Part shown: positions 17,257 to 26,637 of the stretch, piece by piece | Layout of the letters: every line of letters starts with the position of its first letter | Position numbering within the stretch: position 1 is the stretch's first letter | Made by a program: the position numbers and the translations under genes | The notes under the pieces: model-generated | Seen by the model: the letters and a program-made list of their open reading frames with translations, nothing else | Told to the model about the DNA's origin: nothing | The model's database searches: none | From: Schaalia odontolytica | GTDB taxonomy: Bacteria; Actinomycetota; Actinomycetes; Actinomycetales; Actinomycetaceae | Reading direction: 5' to 3' | Length of the DNA stretch: 32,000 nucleotides | Assembly (NCBI RefSeq): GCF_005696695.1 | Contig: NZ_CP040006.1 | Span: 30,001-62,000 of the forward strand

Positions 17257-17497
17257 AACGCGTCCATTTAAGGGCACGGGGGAAGCGCAGGCAGAGGAGC
17301 GAAGCCATTTATGTTGGTGACGCCGTGTCATTTCGGCATATGAGCGAAATAAATGGCGTTCTCCCGCGGATAAATGGATGTAAAGGCACGTAAATCCAAG
17401 CATTTGCGACGTGTGAGAAATTGTCTTGAACTAAACTGGAAAACGACGGAAATGCGCGAATTAACGCATGAAAACATCATTAAATTAAGGGAGATAC

Positions 17498-18595
17498 ATG
17501 ACGACGCCCCCGCTGATCGCCGCCCTGACCGGGCAACGCGGGCCCACCCCCGTGTGGTTCATGCGTCAGGCCGGACGCTCCCTGCCTGAGTACCGTGAGC
17601 TGCGCGCCGACGTTGGCCTGCCCATGCTCGAGGCCTGCCTGCGCCCCGACGTGGCCGCCGAGGCAACGGTGCAGCCCGTGCGGCGCCACGGCGTGGACGC
17701 GGGCATCTTCTTTTCGGACATCATGGTCCCTCTGCGCCTGGCCGGGGTGGGTGTCGAGATTGAGCCGGGGGTTGGCCCGGTCCTCGATCATCCCTATCGC
17801 ACGCGCGAGAGTATCGACGAGCTGCTGAGTCATCGTTACGGGGAGGGGTCCTGGACGGATTCCACCGGGCGTGCGTGCGACTGTGCCGAGGGTGCCCAGT
17901 CCGTGCGCGACGGCGTCGCAACGGCGGTGCGCGAGCTGGGCTCCACGCCGCTCATCGGATTCGGCGGCGCCCCCTTCACCCTGGCCGCGTACATGGTTGA
18001 GGGGCGTCCCTCGCGCGATCACATGGCTGCGCGCGCGCTCGCGGCGTCGGACCCGGGCGCGTGGGATGCTCTCATGACCTGGTGTGCGCGGGTGAGCGCC
18101 GACTTTATTACCGCTCAGATCGAGGCTGGTGCCAGCGCCGCGCAGCTCTTCGACTCGTGGGTGGGGTCTCTCTCGCCTCGTACCTATAGGGAATCCGTCG
18201 CGCCGTATTCGCGCTTGGTTGCGCAGCGCGTCGCCGGCGCCGTTAGCCCGGTGACCGGTGAGCGCGCTCCGCTCATCCACTTCGGGACGGGCAGCGCGCC
18301 GATCTTGTCCGACATGGCCGAGGTCGGTGCTGACTGCGTGGGCGTGGACTGGAAGACGGACCTGTCGTGGGCTATTGAGCAGGTGCCCGGGAAGGCCGTG
18401 CAGGGAAATTTGGACCCCGCGCTGCTTCAGGCTCCGTGGCACGTTATCGAACAGGCTGTTCGAGATATTCTCGACGCCGGACGCTCCGCCCCCGGGCACG
18501 TCTTCAACCTTGGGCACGGCGTACCACCCACGACCGACCCCGACGTGCTGACGCGCATCGTGGAGCTGGTGCACGAGCTGGGTGACGAACGATGA
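17498..18595 (+). CDS. hemE: Uroporphyrinogen decarboxylase
   Basis: 365 aa; signature PVWFMRQAGRSLPEYRELR; AAGGGAGA RBS. Confidence 0.95.
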   Translation: MTTPPLIAALTGQRGPTPVWFMRQAGRSLPEYRELRADVGLPMLEACLRPDVAAEATVQPVRRHGVDAGIFFSDIMVPLRLAGVGVEIEPGVGPVLDHPYRTRESIDELLSHRYGEGSWTDSTGRACDCAEGAQSVRDGVATAVRELGSTPLIGFGGAPFTLAAYMVEGRPSRDHMAARALAASDPGAWDALMTWCARVSADFITAQIEAGASAAQLFDSWVGSLSPRTYRESVAPYSRLVAQRVAGAVSPVTGERAPLIHFGTGSAPILSDMAEVGADCVGVDWKTDLSWAIEQVPGKAVQGNLDPALLQAPWHVIEQAVRDILDAGRSAPGHVFNLGHGVPPTTDPDVLTRIVELVHELGDER

Positions 18596-20058
18596 ACCCC
18601 CTGGAGGCCATCCCCGCCCACCCCGGCGCGGTCGTCGTCGGCGGTGGCATCGCCGGCCTCGTGAGTGCGTGGGAACTGGCCCGCGCGGGCGTGCGTCCCC
18701 TCCTGATCGAGGCGCGCGGCTACCTGGGCGGCCTCATCGCCCGGGGCACGGTTGGCGGAGCGAGCGTGGACCTGGGCGCGGAAACATACGTTGTGCGTGG
18801 CACCGACACCTCCTCGATCGTGGAGGCCCTGGGGCTGACCTCGGTCGAGCCCGCCGGATCGGGTGCCCGCCTCTATGCCCCCGCCCTGCGCGGCGGCTGG
18901 GAGCTGCGCCCCTTCCTGCGCGACTCGTTCCTGGGAATCCCGGCCCACCCGGACGCGCCTGACTGTGCTCACGTGCTCGGCGAGGCCGGGGTGAGCCGCG
19001 CCCTCGACGACCGCTCGATGGGCGCCGGCGTCGGCATGGACGAGGCCGGGGAGACTCTGGCCGGTTTCGTGGCTGCGCGCATGGGGGAGGCTGTGCTGGA
19101 GCGCTCGGTGCGGCCGATCATCGCGGGCATCTACACTGCCGATCCTTCCGTGCTGGCGACCGACGCGGTCGCTCCCGGCCTGCGCGCCGAGACTGCCCGT
19201 CACGGATCCCTGGCCGCTGCGGTCGCGGCACGTCTGGCCGCCGCCGGATCGCGCCGCACCCCCGAAGCCTGCGTCGAGGGCGGCATGTTCGTCCTCGTCG
19301 ACGCGCTGAGGGCTGCTATCGAAGCGGCCGGGGGAACCGTCCTGACCCGCGCGGGCGCGTTCTCACTGAGGCGTGAGGCCACGGGATGGACCCTCGAGTG
19401 CGGGCCGACCAAGCCCGGGCCCACCCCCGGAGCTGAACCCGTGCCGAACGGGCCGGGCGTGAGCGTCACGACGGAGCGCCTCGTGCTCGCATGCAGCGCC
19501 AGCGCCGCCCTGCGCCTGCTGACCGAGGCGCGCATCCCCGGCCTCGTCCCCGATGTGAGCGTTCCCGAGGGTGCGCCCATCGCGCGCCTCACCCTGGCCG
19601 TGCGCGCCCCCGAGCTGGATGATGCGCCCGTCTCCCAGGGCCTCCTGGTCGCCCCCGCGCCCGCCGGCGAGCGGCCGGTAGAGGCCAAGGCCCTGTCCCA
19701 CCTCAACGTCAAGTGGCCCTGGCTCGCCGACCAACTCCCGCCCCAAACGCACCTGCTGCGCCTGTCCTACGGGCGCCTCGGCGAGGCCGAACCCGCCGTC
19801 ACCGTCGAGGGGGCCCTGCGCGATATCCGCACGCTCACCGGCGTCACCATCGCCGCCGAGGCCGTCACTGACCACCTCCTCGCCCGCTGGAACGGCACGC
19901 TCCCGCCCCTGCCGCCCGAGTATCGCGGCCGCGTTGGCGCGCTCGAGGAACAGGTGCGTCCCCTGGGGGGCGTGGCCCTCACGGGTGCATGGGTCGCTGG
20001 AACCGGCATCGCCTCCGTCGTCACACATGCCCGCGCGGGCGCGAAAGGACTGTTATGA
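18592..20058 (+). CDS. hemY: Protoporphyrinogen/coproporphyrinogen III oxidase (HemY/CgoX type, FAD-dependent)
   Basis: 488 aa. N-terminal FAD fold VVVGGGIAGLVSAWELARAG. ATGA overlap with hemE. Its position after hemE is the usual one in actinobacteria. Confidence 0.85.
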   Translation: MNPLEAIPAHPGAVVVGGGIAGLVSAWELARAGVRPLLIEARGYLGGLIARGTVGGASVDLGAETYVVRGTDTSSIVEALGLTSVEPAGSGARLYAPALRGGWELRPFLRDSFLGIPAHPDAPDCAHVLGEAGVSRALDDRSMGAGVGMDEAGETLAGFVAARMGEAVLERSVRPIIAGIYTADPSVLATDAVAPGLRAETARHGSLAAAVAARLAAAGSRRTPEACVEGGMFVLVDALRAAIEAAGGTVLTRAGAFSLRREATGWTLECGPTKPGPTPGAEPVPNGPGVSVTTERLVLACSASAALRLLTEARIPGLVPDVSVPEGAPIARLTLAVRAPELDDAPVSQGLLVAPAPAGERPVEAKALSHLNVKWPWLADQLPPQTHLLRLSYGRLGEAEPAVTVEGALRDIRTLTGVTIAAEAVTDHLLARWNGTLPPLPPEYRGRVGALEEQVRPLGGVALTGAWVAGTGIASVVTHARAGAKGLL

Positions 20059-21089
20059 CCACGCGGACGTTCGTTCTGGGAACCAGGGGATCGCGCCTGG
20101 CGCTCGCCCAATCCACCACCGTCGCGCGGGCGATCGAAGAGGCCGGGGCTCGCCTCGGCGAGGACGTGCGCGTCAATCTGGAGGTCGTGCGCACGCACGG
20201 TGACGTGTCGGCGGCGCCCCTGGCAGCGCTCGGAGGCGTCGGCGTGTTCGCCGCGCAGCTGCGGCTCACCCTCCTTGGGGGAGAATGCGACCTGGCCGTC
20301 CACTCCTACAAAGACCTGCCCACCGCCCCCACGCCGGGCCTGCGCATCGCGGCCGTCCCGCAGCGCGAAGACCCCCGCGACGCCCTGTGCGCGGCCGACG
20401 GGGCGACACTGGCATCCCTGCCGGAGGGCGCGCTCGTCGGCACGGGCTCACCCAGGCGCGCCGCCCAGGTGCTCGCCGCGCGCCCCGACCTGCACGTCTG
20501 CGACCTGCGCGGCAACGTCCCCACGAGGCTCTCGCGCGTGCGCGGCATCGACCTGGGCGCCGACGCGGGCACCGCGCCCTCCGCCCTCGGCACGGGTGAG
20601 CGCCTCGACGCGGTCGTCCTCGCCCTCGCCGGGCTGCGGCGCATCGGCCTCGACGCCCACGCCACCGACGTGCTCGACCCCACCGTCATGATGCCCGCCC
20701 CCTCGCAGGGTGCCCTCGCCATCGAAACGCCCGACGAGGAGGACCCCCTCCTGCGCGTCCTCCTGGGCACCCTTCACCATCGGCCGACCGCGCTCGCGGC
20801 CAGCGCCGAGCGGGCTGTCCTCTCCGCCCTGGGTGCGGGGTGCGCGGCTCCCGTGGGTGCGTTCGCCCGTGTGGACGAGGCCTCCTCGGCCCTCCTGCTC
20901 GACGCGCGCGTGATGAGTGTCGACGGGCGCGAGCGGGTCGAGGCGAGTGGCGCGCTCCCGCTCACGGACTCGGTTGGTCGCGGCGACGCCGCCCACCTCG
21001 GCGAGGATGTGGCGCGCCAGCTGCTCGCGCGGGGCGCGGCCGAGGTCACCGACCTGGGAGCGACGAAAGCGCCGAGGCAATCCTCGTGA
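20055..21089 (+). CDS. hemC: Hydroxymethylbilane synthase (porphobilinogen deaminase)
   Basis: The track ORF starts at 19989. I trimmed it to ATG 20055 (MTTRTFVLGTRGSRLALAQS), which forms an ATGA overlap with the hemY stop. The cofactor Cys region is LGAGCAAPVGAF. Confidence 0.9.
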   Translation: MTTRTFVLGTRGSRLALAQSTTVARAIEEAGARLGEDVRVNLEVVRTHGDVSAAPLAALGGVGVFAAQLRLTLLGGECDLAVHSYKDLPTAPTPGLRIAAVPQREDPRDALCAADGATLASLPEGALVGTGSPRRAAQVLAARPDLHVCDLRGNVPTRLSRVRGIDLGADAGTAPSALGTGERLDAVVLALAGLRRIGLDAHATDVLDPTVMMPAPSQGALAIETPDEEDPLLRVLLGTLHHRPTALAASAERAVLSALGAGCAAPVGAFARVDEASSALLLDARVMSVDGRERVEASGALPLTDSVGRGDAAHLGEDVARQLLARGAAEVTDLGATKAPRQSS

Positions 21090-21907
21090 ACGAGCCCCAC
21101 GCGAGTGCACCCTCCGTGAACGCGGAGTTGACCGGGCGGCGGATCCTCCTGACCCGCGCCAAGTCCGATGACGCCATCGCGCGCGTCCTGCGCCTCGCCG
21201 GGGCCCAGGTGGATGCTCTCGCCCTCACCGTCTCGACGCCGCTGGATTCCGCACAGCTCGACGCGGCGCGCGCACGGCTCGCTGACGGCGGATACGCGTG
21301 GGTCGTCTTCTCCTCCTGGAGGGCCGCGCGGGCCGTTGCGGATGCCCTTCCGCGAGCACGCTCGCTCGGCACGCGTATCGCCGCCGTCGGCGAGGCCACG
21401 GCCCAATGGGTCAGTGACCACGCGGGCGTGAGCGCCGACCTGACCGGGGCCGGATCCGCCGCCGCTCTGCTCGAGTGCTTCCCCGCCCCGTCGGCTGATG
21501 CGCGCTCGGTCCTCATCCCCCGGTCGGCGGCAGCGCCCGATACGCTGCCGGACGGGCTACGCGCCCTTGGCTGGAGTGTCGAGGCCGTCGACGCCTACAC
21601 CACCACTCCCGCGGGCGCCGACGATATTGACGCCGATATCGCGGGGAATTTTCGCGCGGGGCGCTACGACGCGGCGGTCCTCACCGCCTCCTCCCAGGCG
21701 CGCGCCCTCCCCCCGCTCCTCGGCCTGCCGCCCCCCACAACCCGGGTCGTGACCATCGGCGCACCCACCGCAGCCACCGTCAGGCGGCAGGGGATCGCGG
21801 TCGCGGCCCAGGCCTCGTCCCCCACACCCGATGCCATCGTCCGCGCCCTCATCGACGCCCTCGCCCGCCCCGCCCACGCCGACGCACCCGAAGAAAGAGA
21901 CTCATGA
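21086..21907 (+). CDS. hemD: Uroporphyrinogen-III synthase
   Basis: The track ORF 20840..21907 overlaps hemC. I trimmed it to the in-frame GTG at 21086, which forms a GTGA overlap with the hemC stop. Weakly conserved family; the call rests on RILLTRA, size and position between hemC and hemB. Confidence 0.7.
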   Translation: MNEPHASAPSVNAELTGRRILLTRAKSDDAIARVLRLAGAQVDALALTVSTPLDSAQLDAARARLADGGYAWVVFSSWRAARAVADALPRARSLGTRIAAVGEATAQWVSDHAGVSADLTGAGSAAALLECFPAPSADARSVLIPRSAAAPDTLPDGLRALGWSVEAVDAYTTTPAGADDIDADIAGNFRAGRYDAAVLTASSQARALPPLLGLPPPTTRVVTIGAPTAATVRRQGIAVAAQASSPTPDAIVRALIDALARPAHADAPEERDS

Positions 21908-22935
21908 CCACCGTCCCCGAATCCGTTACCTCCTACCTCGCCGAGGCCGGGGTGGACTCCTCCCCGATCCCGACGATCCGCCCACGCCGCCTGCGCTCGA
22001 CCCCCGCGATGCGCGCGCTCGTGCGCGAAACCCACGTCGACCCCGCCAAGCTCATCTGGCCCGTCTTCGTGCGCGACGACATCGACGAACCCCGCGAGAT
22101 CGCCGCAATGCCGGGCCAGTACCAGCACACGATCGACTCGCTGCGCCGGGCCGCAGCCGAGGCCGCCGAAGCGGGCGTGGGCGCCATCGACCTGTTCGGC
22201 GTGCCCGCTCGCCGCGACGCGATCGGCTCCCAGGCGTGGGCGGAGGACGGGATCCTCAACCGCGGCCTCGCCGCCGTGCGCGCCGAGGTCGGCGACGCGC
22301 TCGTCGTGTGCGCGGACACCTGCCTGGACGAGTTCACCGACCACGGGCACTGCGGCCTCCTCGATTCCGAGGGAGGCGTCGACAACGACGCGACCCTGCC
22401 TCTCTACCAGGCGATGGCGATTTCCCAGGCGCGCGCGGGCGCACACATGGTGTCGCCCTCGGGCATGATGGACGGCCAGGTCGCCGCGATCCGCGCCGCC
22501 CTCGACCAGGCGGGACACGCGGATGTCGCCATCCTCGCCTACTCCGCGAAGTACGCGTCCGCCTACTTCGGGCCCTTCCGCGAGGCCGTCGGTTCCACCC
22601 TCAAGGGCGACCGCCGCACCTACCAGCAGGACCCCGCGAACCGGCGCGAGGGCCTTTTCGAGGCGCTGCTTGACGCTGCTGAGGGAGCCGACATGCTCAT
22701 GGTCAAGCCCGCCGGCCCCTACCTCGACGTGCTGGCCGACGTGGCCGCCGCCTCCGACATTCCCGTCGCCGCCTATCAGGTGTCAGGCGAGTATGCGATG
22801 GTCGAGGCCGCCGCCGCCAATGGGTGGATCGACCGCACCCGCGTCATCGACGAGTCCCTCACCGGCATCTTCCGCGCGGGTGCCGACTCCGTCCTCACCT
22901 ACTGGGCCCTCGAGGTCGCCCGCCGGGCCCGCTGA
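21904..22935 (+). CDS. hemB: Porphobilinogen synthase (5-aminolevulinate dehydratase)
   Basis: 343 aa; [20 protein letters not shown], and the Schiff-base Lys context [18 protein letters not shown] overlap with hemD. Confidence 0.95.
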   Translation: MTTVPESVTSYLAEAGVDSSPIPTIRPRRLRSTPAMRALVRETHVDPAKLIWPVFVRDDIDEPREIAAMPGQYQHTIDSLRRAAAEAAEAGVGAIDLFGVPARRDAIGSQAWAEDGILNRGLAAVRAEVGDALVVCADTCLDEFTDHGHCGLLDSEGGVDNDATLPLYQAMAISQARAGAHMVSPSGMMDGQVAAIRAALDQAGHADVAILAYSAKYASAYFGPFREAVGSTLKGDRRTYQQDPANRREGLFEALLDAAEGADMLMVKPAGPYLDVLADVAAASDIPVAAYQVSGEYAMVEAAAANGWIDRTRVIDESLTGIFRAGADSVLTYWALEVARRAR

Positions 22936-22982
22936 GCGCGCGTACCATACCAACAACCCCGTTTTCTTCTGTGAAGGTAGCC

Positions 22983-24368
22983 GTGACCACTAACGAAACC
23001 GCATTCTCCCAAGCAAAGGCCGTCATCCCCGGCGGCGTCGACTCGCCCGTGCGCGCCTTCGGCGGCGTCGGCGGCACCCCGCGCTTCATCGCGAGCGCGA
23101 GCGGCGCACGCGTCACCGATGTTGAGGGGCGCTCCTACGTGGACCTGGTCGGGTCGTGGGGTCCGGCGCTGCTCGGCCACGCGCACCCCGCGGTGGTCGC
23201 AGCCGTCCAGGAGGCGGCCTCGCGCGGCCTGTCCTTCGGTGCACCCACCGAAACTGAGACGCTGCTGGCTAGCGCCGTGCGCGAGCGCGTGCCCTTCGCG
23301 CAGCGCGTCCGCTTCGTGTCGACGGGCACTGAGGCGACGATGACGGCGATCCGCCTGGCGCGCGGCGCCACCGGACGCGACCTCATCGTGAAATTCGCCG
23401 GCAATTACCACGGCCATTCCGACGGCCTGCTCGCCGCCGCCGGGTCGGGCGTCGCCACCGGCGGCCTACCCGGGTCGGCCGGCGTTCCCGAGGCCATCAC
23501 TGCCCAGACCATTGTCTTGCCCTACAACGATGTTGACGCCCTGCGCGCGTGCTTCGAGCAGGTGGGTGGCAGTATTGCCGCCGTCATCTTCGAGGGTGCC
23601 CCCGCCAACATGGGCACGGTCCCGCCCCACCCCGGGTGGAACCGCGAGATCCGCCGCCTGTGCACCGCGCACGGCGCGCTCATGATCCTCGATGAGGTCC
23701 TCACCGGCTTCCGCGTTGATCCCGCCGGCTGGTGGGGCCTCGAGGCCGTGGCCGGGTGGGTCGAAGGCGCGCCCTCGGGCCGCTACAGCGCCGGCTTCGT
23801 CGACGCGTCCTGCGTGGAGGGCGCCGACTGGGTGCCCGACCTGGTGACCTTCGGCAAGGTCGTGGGCGGCGGCATGCCCCTGGCGGCCGTTGCCGGGCGT
23901 GCGGACGTCATGGACCTGCTGGCCCCCCTGGGCCCCGTCTACCAGGCGGGCACGCTTTCGGGCAACCCCCTGGCCACGGTCGCCGGCCTGCGCACCCTCG
24001 AACTGGCTGATCAGGGCGTGTACGACCGTGTCAATGCCTCCGCGCAGGAGATCAGCACGATCGTGTCGGATGCGCTTAGCGCTGCCGGCGTCGCGCACCG
24101 CGTCCAGCGCACGGGATCCCTGTTCTCTGTCATGTTCGGCGAGGCCGCGGCCACCTCGGGCGTGTACGACTACGACCAGGCGCGCGCCCAGGAGGCGTGG
24201 CGCTACGCCCCCTTCTTCCACTCGTTCCTGTCCTCGGGTGTGGCCCTGCCGCCCTCGGTGTACGAGGTGTGGTTCGTGTCCGGCGCTCACGGTGAGGCGG
24301 AGCTGGAGGCTATCGCCGCCGCAGCTCCGGCGGCCGCGCAGGCGGCCGCTGCGGCTCAGCCCGAGTGA
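22983..24368 (+). CDS. hemL: Glutamate-1-semialdehyde 2,1-aminomutase
   Basis: The track ORF starts at 22824. I trimmed it to GTG 22983, with GAAGG upstream. Motifs [12 protein letters not shown] and the PLP-Lys context [10 protein letters not shown]. There is an extra segment between FRV and PDL. Confidence 0.9.
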   Translation: MTTNETAFSQAKAVIPGGVDSPVRAFGGVGGTPRFIASASGARVTDVEGRSYVDLVGSWGPALLGHAHPAVVAAVQEAASRGLSFGAPTETETLLASAVRERVPFAQRVRFVSTGTEATMTAIRLARGATGRDLIVKFAGNYHGHSDGLLAAAGSGVATGGLPGSAGVPEAITAQTIVLPYNDVDALRACFEQVGGSIAAVIFEGAPANMGTVPPHPGWNREIRRLCTAHGALMILDEVLTGFRVDPAGWWGLEAVAGWVEGAPSGRYSAGFVDASCVEGADWVPDLVTFGKVVGGGMPLAAVAGRADVMDLLAPLGPVYQAGTLSGNPLATVAGLRTLELADQGVYDRVNASAQEISTIVSDALSAAGVAHRVQRTGSLFSVMFGEAAATSGVYDYDQARAQEAWRYAPFFHSFLSSGVALPPSVYEVWFVSGAHGEAELEAIAAAAPAAAQAAAAAQPE

Positions 24369-24402
24369 TCGACCGCGTCGCGTAGCCCGTGCTGGCAACG
24401 AG

Positions 24403-24437
24403 GAGGGGTGGGAACCCTTGCTGGATTCCCACCCCTC
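24403..24437. terminator. Hairpin between convergent hemL and the 520-aa gene (bidirectional terminator candidate)
   Basis: gaggggtgggaa (24403-24414) pairs with ttcccacccctc (24426-24437). Confidence 0.6.
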
Positions 24438-24465
24438 GATATGCGCGGTTAGACGCGGTGATGCG

Positions 24466-26028
24466 TCAGTTGGAGCTCTTCATGAAGTTCCACACGATGA
24501 CCAGCATGGCGCCGACCGGCTTGTTGGTCGTTGCCATGTCACGCATTTCATCGGCCGAGACGTCGGCGCTGGATCCCGCGAAGCCGCTCATGCCGTTGAC
24601 AGCCTCGTTGACCGCGGCATCCGTCGCCTCCAGCAGGTTCAGGTTACCGACCGTGCTGATGAAAGACACGTGCCAGCCGGTGTTATCCTGCACCGCGAAA
24701 ATGCCGAGGCGCTCGGGGTTGACGAGGCCCTCCGTGAATCGGACGGTCTGGCTCTGGGGCTTGGAGCTCGTGTATCGAGAGTTGTAGCTGGAGCCAGAGT
24801 CGGCGTAGCTGTAGGTCACAGTGTCGTTATTGAACTCAACTTTGTAGTTGCCATCGAAGGTGATGGACGTCGTGCCGAAGTTGACGACAGCTCCACCGCT
24901 CACCTTCGTGGACGTCAGTCCCCAGTTCACCTGGATGCTGTCGCCGACGCCACCGGTCGAGCCGGAGCCGCCGTAGACCGCGGCAACGCGACGCTCGGGT
25001 AGGTCAAGGTAGCGGTAGACCTCTTCGCTGCCCAGGCTCGCGCCGTTACGCAGGGCGTCGACCATGCCCGACACCGCTTCCTCGGGCGAGGAGGCTCCCT
25101 TGACGTCGGAGAACTTCGCAGAGTAGTTCGGCTGGCCCGAGCCCGTGCCCAGGTACTGTTCAGCTGCCGTCATGTAGCCGGACAAGTACCACTTTCCGTC
25201 TTCCTGGACGGAGACGAGCGTCAGCTTGTTGTTGGGGAAGTTCGTCAGGACGTTGCCGGAGGTGGTCGGGTTCTTCTCGATCCTCTCCTTCATATCGTCG
25301 AAGACTTTCGACTCGTTCGCCGTCAGGTCAGAACCCTTGGCTTCCTTGTAGTGCTCGCGGATCTTGTCGGCCAGCTCGGGCTTGACCTGGATGTCACCGT
25401 CCCACTTGGTAATGGTGATGAGCGCCAGCTGATCGGACTTGCTGTCGACCGTGTACTCCATATCGGAATTCTTGATCTCGATCTGGTCGATGTAGTCCTT
25501 GAGGGCCTGCGCATCCATCACCTTTGACCAGTTAGCGCCGCCGTTGGCCTTGTAATCCTTCTGCCAGGCGGTGGCCGCCGTGATCTCGGAGGGGGACAGT
25601 GCGCCCGCCAGCGACACGAGGGAGTTCTTTGAGAAAGCGGAATCGATTCCCTCAGCCAGGGCCTCGGGGCTCTTGTAACCGCCGCCAACCATGCGGGTGA
25701 GCGCGAAGGCGCCACCACCGATGATGACGAGAACGGCAACGACAATCACCGAGATGATGGCCGCCATCTTGCCGCGGCTCTTCTTTGCGCCCTGCTGGGG
25801 AGCCTGCCCCTGGTACTGGGGGTTGTAGGCGCCGGGCTGGGGGGCCTGTCCCTGGTACTGGGGGTTGTAGGCGCCGGGCTGGGGGGCCTGTCCCTGGTAC
25901 TGGGGGTTGTAGGCGCCGGGCTGGGGGGCCTGTCCCTGGTACTGGGGGTTGTAGGCGCCGGGCTGGGGCACCTGCCCCTGGAACTGACCGTTGGGGCCGG
26001 GCTGGCCGCCGTAGTTCGGGGTGGACAT
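24466..26028 (-). CDS. Single-pass membrane protein with a P/Q/Y-rich repeat N-terminus and a large extracytoplasmic domain; function unknown
   Basis: 520 aa. Four copies of YNPQYQGQAPQPGA are followed by the TM helix MAAIISVIVVAVLVIIGGGAFAL and then about 400 aa of Ser/Thr/Gly/Asn-rich sequence. I recognise no catalytic motif. Confidence 0.7.
   Translation of the reverse strand: MSTPNYGGQPGPNGQFQGQVPQPGAYNPQYQGQAPQPGAYNPQYQGQAPQPGAYNPQYQGQAPQPGAYNPQYQGQAPQQGAKKSRGKMAAIISVIVVAVLVIIGGGAFALTRMVGGGYKSPEALAEGIDSAFSKNSLVSLAGALSPSEITAATAWQKDYKANGGANWSKVMDAQALKDYIDQIEIKNSDMEYTVDSKSDQLALITITKWDGDIQVKPELADKIREHYKEAKGSDLTANESKVFDDMKERIEKNPTTSGNVLTNFPNNKLTLVSVQEDGKWYLSGYMTAAEQYLGTGSGQPNYSAKFSDVKGASSPEEAVSGMVDALRNGASLGSEEVYRYLDLPERRVAAVYGGSGSTGGVGDSIQVNWGLTSTKVSGGAVVNFGTTSITFDGNYKVEFNNDTVTYSYADSGSSYNSRYTSSKPQSQTVRFTEGLVNPERLGIFAVQDNTGWHVSFISTVGNLNLLEATDAAVNEAVNGMSGFAGSSADVSADEMRDMATTNKPVGAMLVIVWNFMKSSN
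25810..25977 (-). repeat. 42-bp in-frame tandem repeat (3 identical units + 1 near-identical, with degenerate flanks)
   Basis: ctggtactgggggttgtaggcgccgggctggggggcctgtcc starts at 25810, 25852 and 25894 (identical) and at 25936 (variant). Confidence 0.95.
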
Positions 26029-26166
26029 CGTTGTTACCTTTCACCGATGGGAGTGAACGTCGCAGTATTTCACTTTTGAAATACATTGGCAAGTGACGGT
26101 GTGACAGCGCGATGGGGCGGTGAGACTGACCGGAGCGACCGATAGGTGATGTCGTCCGTGAGTTTC

Positions 26167-26637
26167 TTATGGATAGCTGCGGACAGTGAACGCGGGGTCT
26201 GGGTCAAAGCAGAATGTTGCTTTCCCTGGGTTGGGGGTGAACCAGACGATGTCTGAGTGGGCTTCCTTGAGGGTGAAGGTGCCGACCCCCTCGATGGTGG
26301 TGCTGTCGCCGCGGTGGAGATCCACAGCGCCTCCGAGGAATTCGTAGTGTTCTTTGTCGGTGCGTGCTGACAGGCCGAAGGAACCGAGCTGGCGTCCCTT
26401 GGAGACTTCTCCGGAGATGCTGATGTAGACGGCGCGTCCATCGGGGATGGTTCCCAATTTCATGGATCGTTGCTTGTCGTATGGGGTGAGGTAGTAGTTG
26501 CCGGTGCAGGCTTCGCCTGTGGATTTTTCTTTCCAGGGCCAGGCGTAGGCGATGTGTGCGTAGGTCCAGGGGATGACGAACGCCAGGACGAGGACAGCTA
26601 CAACGATGGCGCGGACGCGTGCGGGTCTGTTGCTCAT
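26167..26637 (-). CDS. Membrane-anchored small protein; candidate immunity/accessory protein of the upstream protease toxin
   Basis: 156 aa. N-terminus MSNRPARVRA is followed by the TM segment IVVAVLVLAFVIPWTYAHIAYAW, which predicts an N-in topology with an outside domain. Its ATG overlaps the toxin stop in an ATGA. GC is reduced. Confidence 0.65.
   Translation of the reverse strand: MSNRPARVRAIVVAVLVLAFVIPWTYAHIAYAWPWKEKSTGEACTGNYYLTPYDKQRSMKLGTIPDGRAVYISISGEVSKGRQLGSFGLSARTDKEHYEFLGGAVDLHRGDSTTIEGVGTFTLKEAHSDIVWFTPNPGKATFCFDPDPAFTVRSYP

Noticed and set aside
17480-24398. Long minus-strand ORFs across the hem operon (17480..18574, 18427..19203, 19363..20028, 20448..21110, 20774..21421, 21664..22518, 23466..24398).
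   Set aside because: All are antisense to hem genes with clear signatures. Their composition is typical of high-GC shadow frames.
23890-25002. 370-aa plus-strand ORF spanning the hemL 3' end, the terminator and the 520-aa gene's 3' end.
   Set aside because: It crosses a strong hairpin terminator and two real genes in other frames or strands. It has no motifs.
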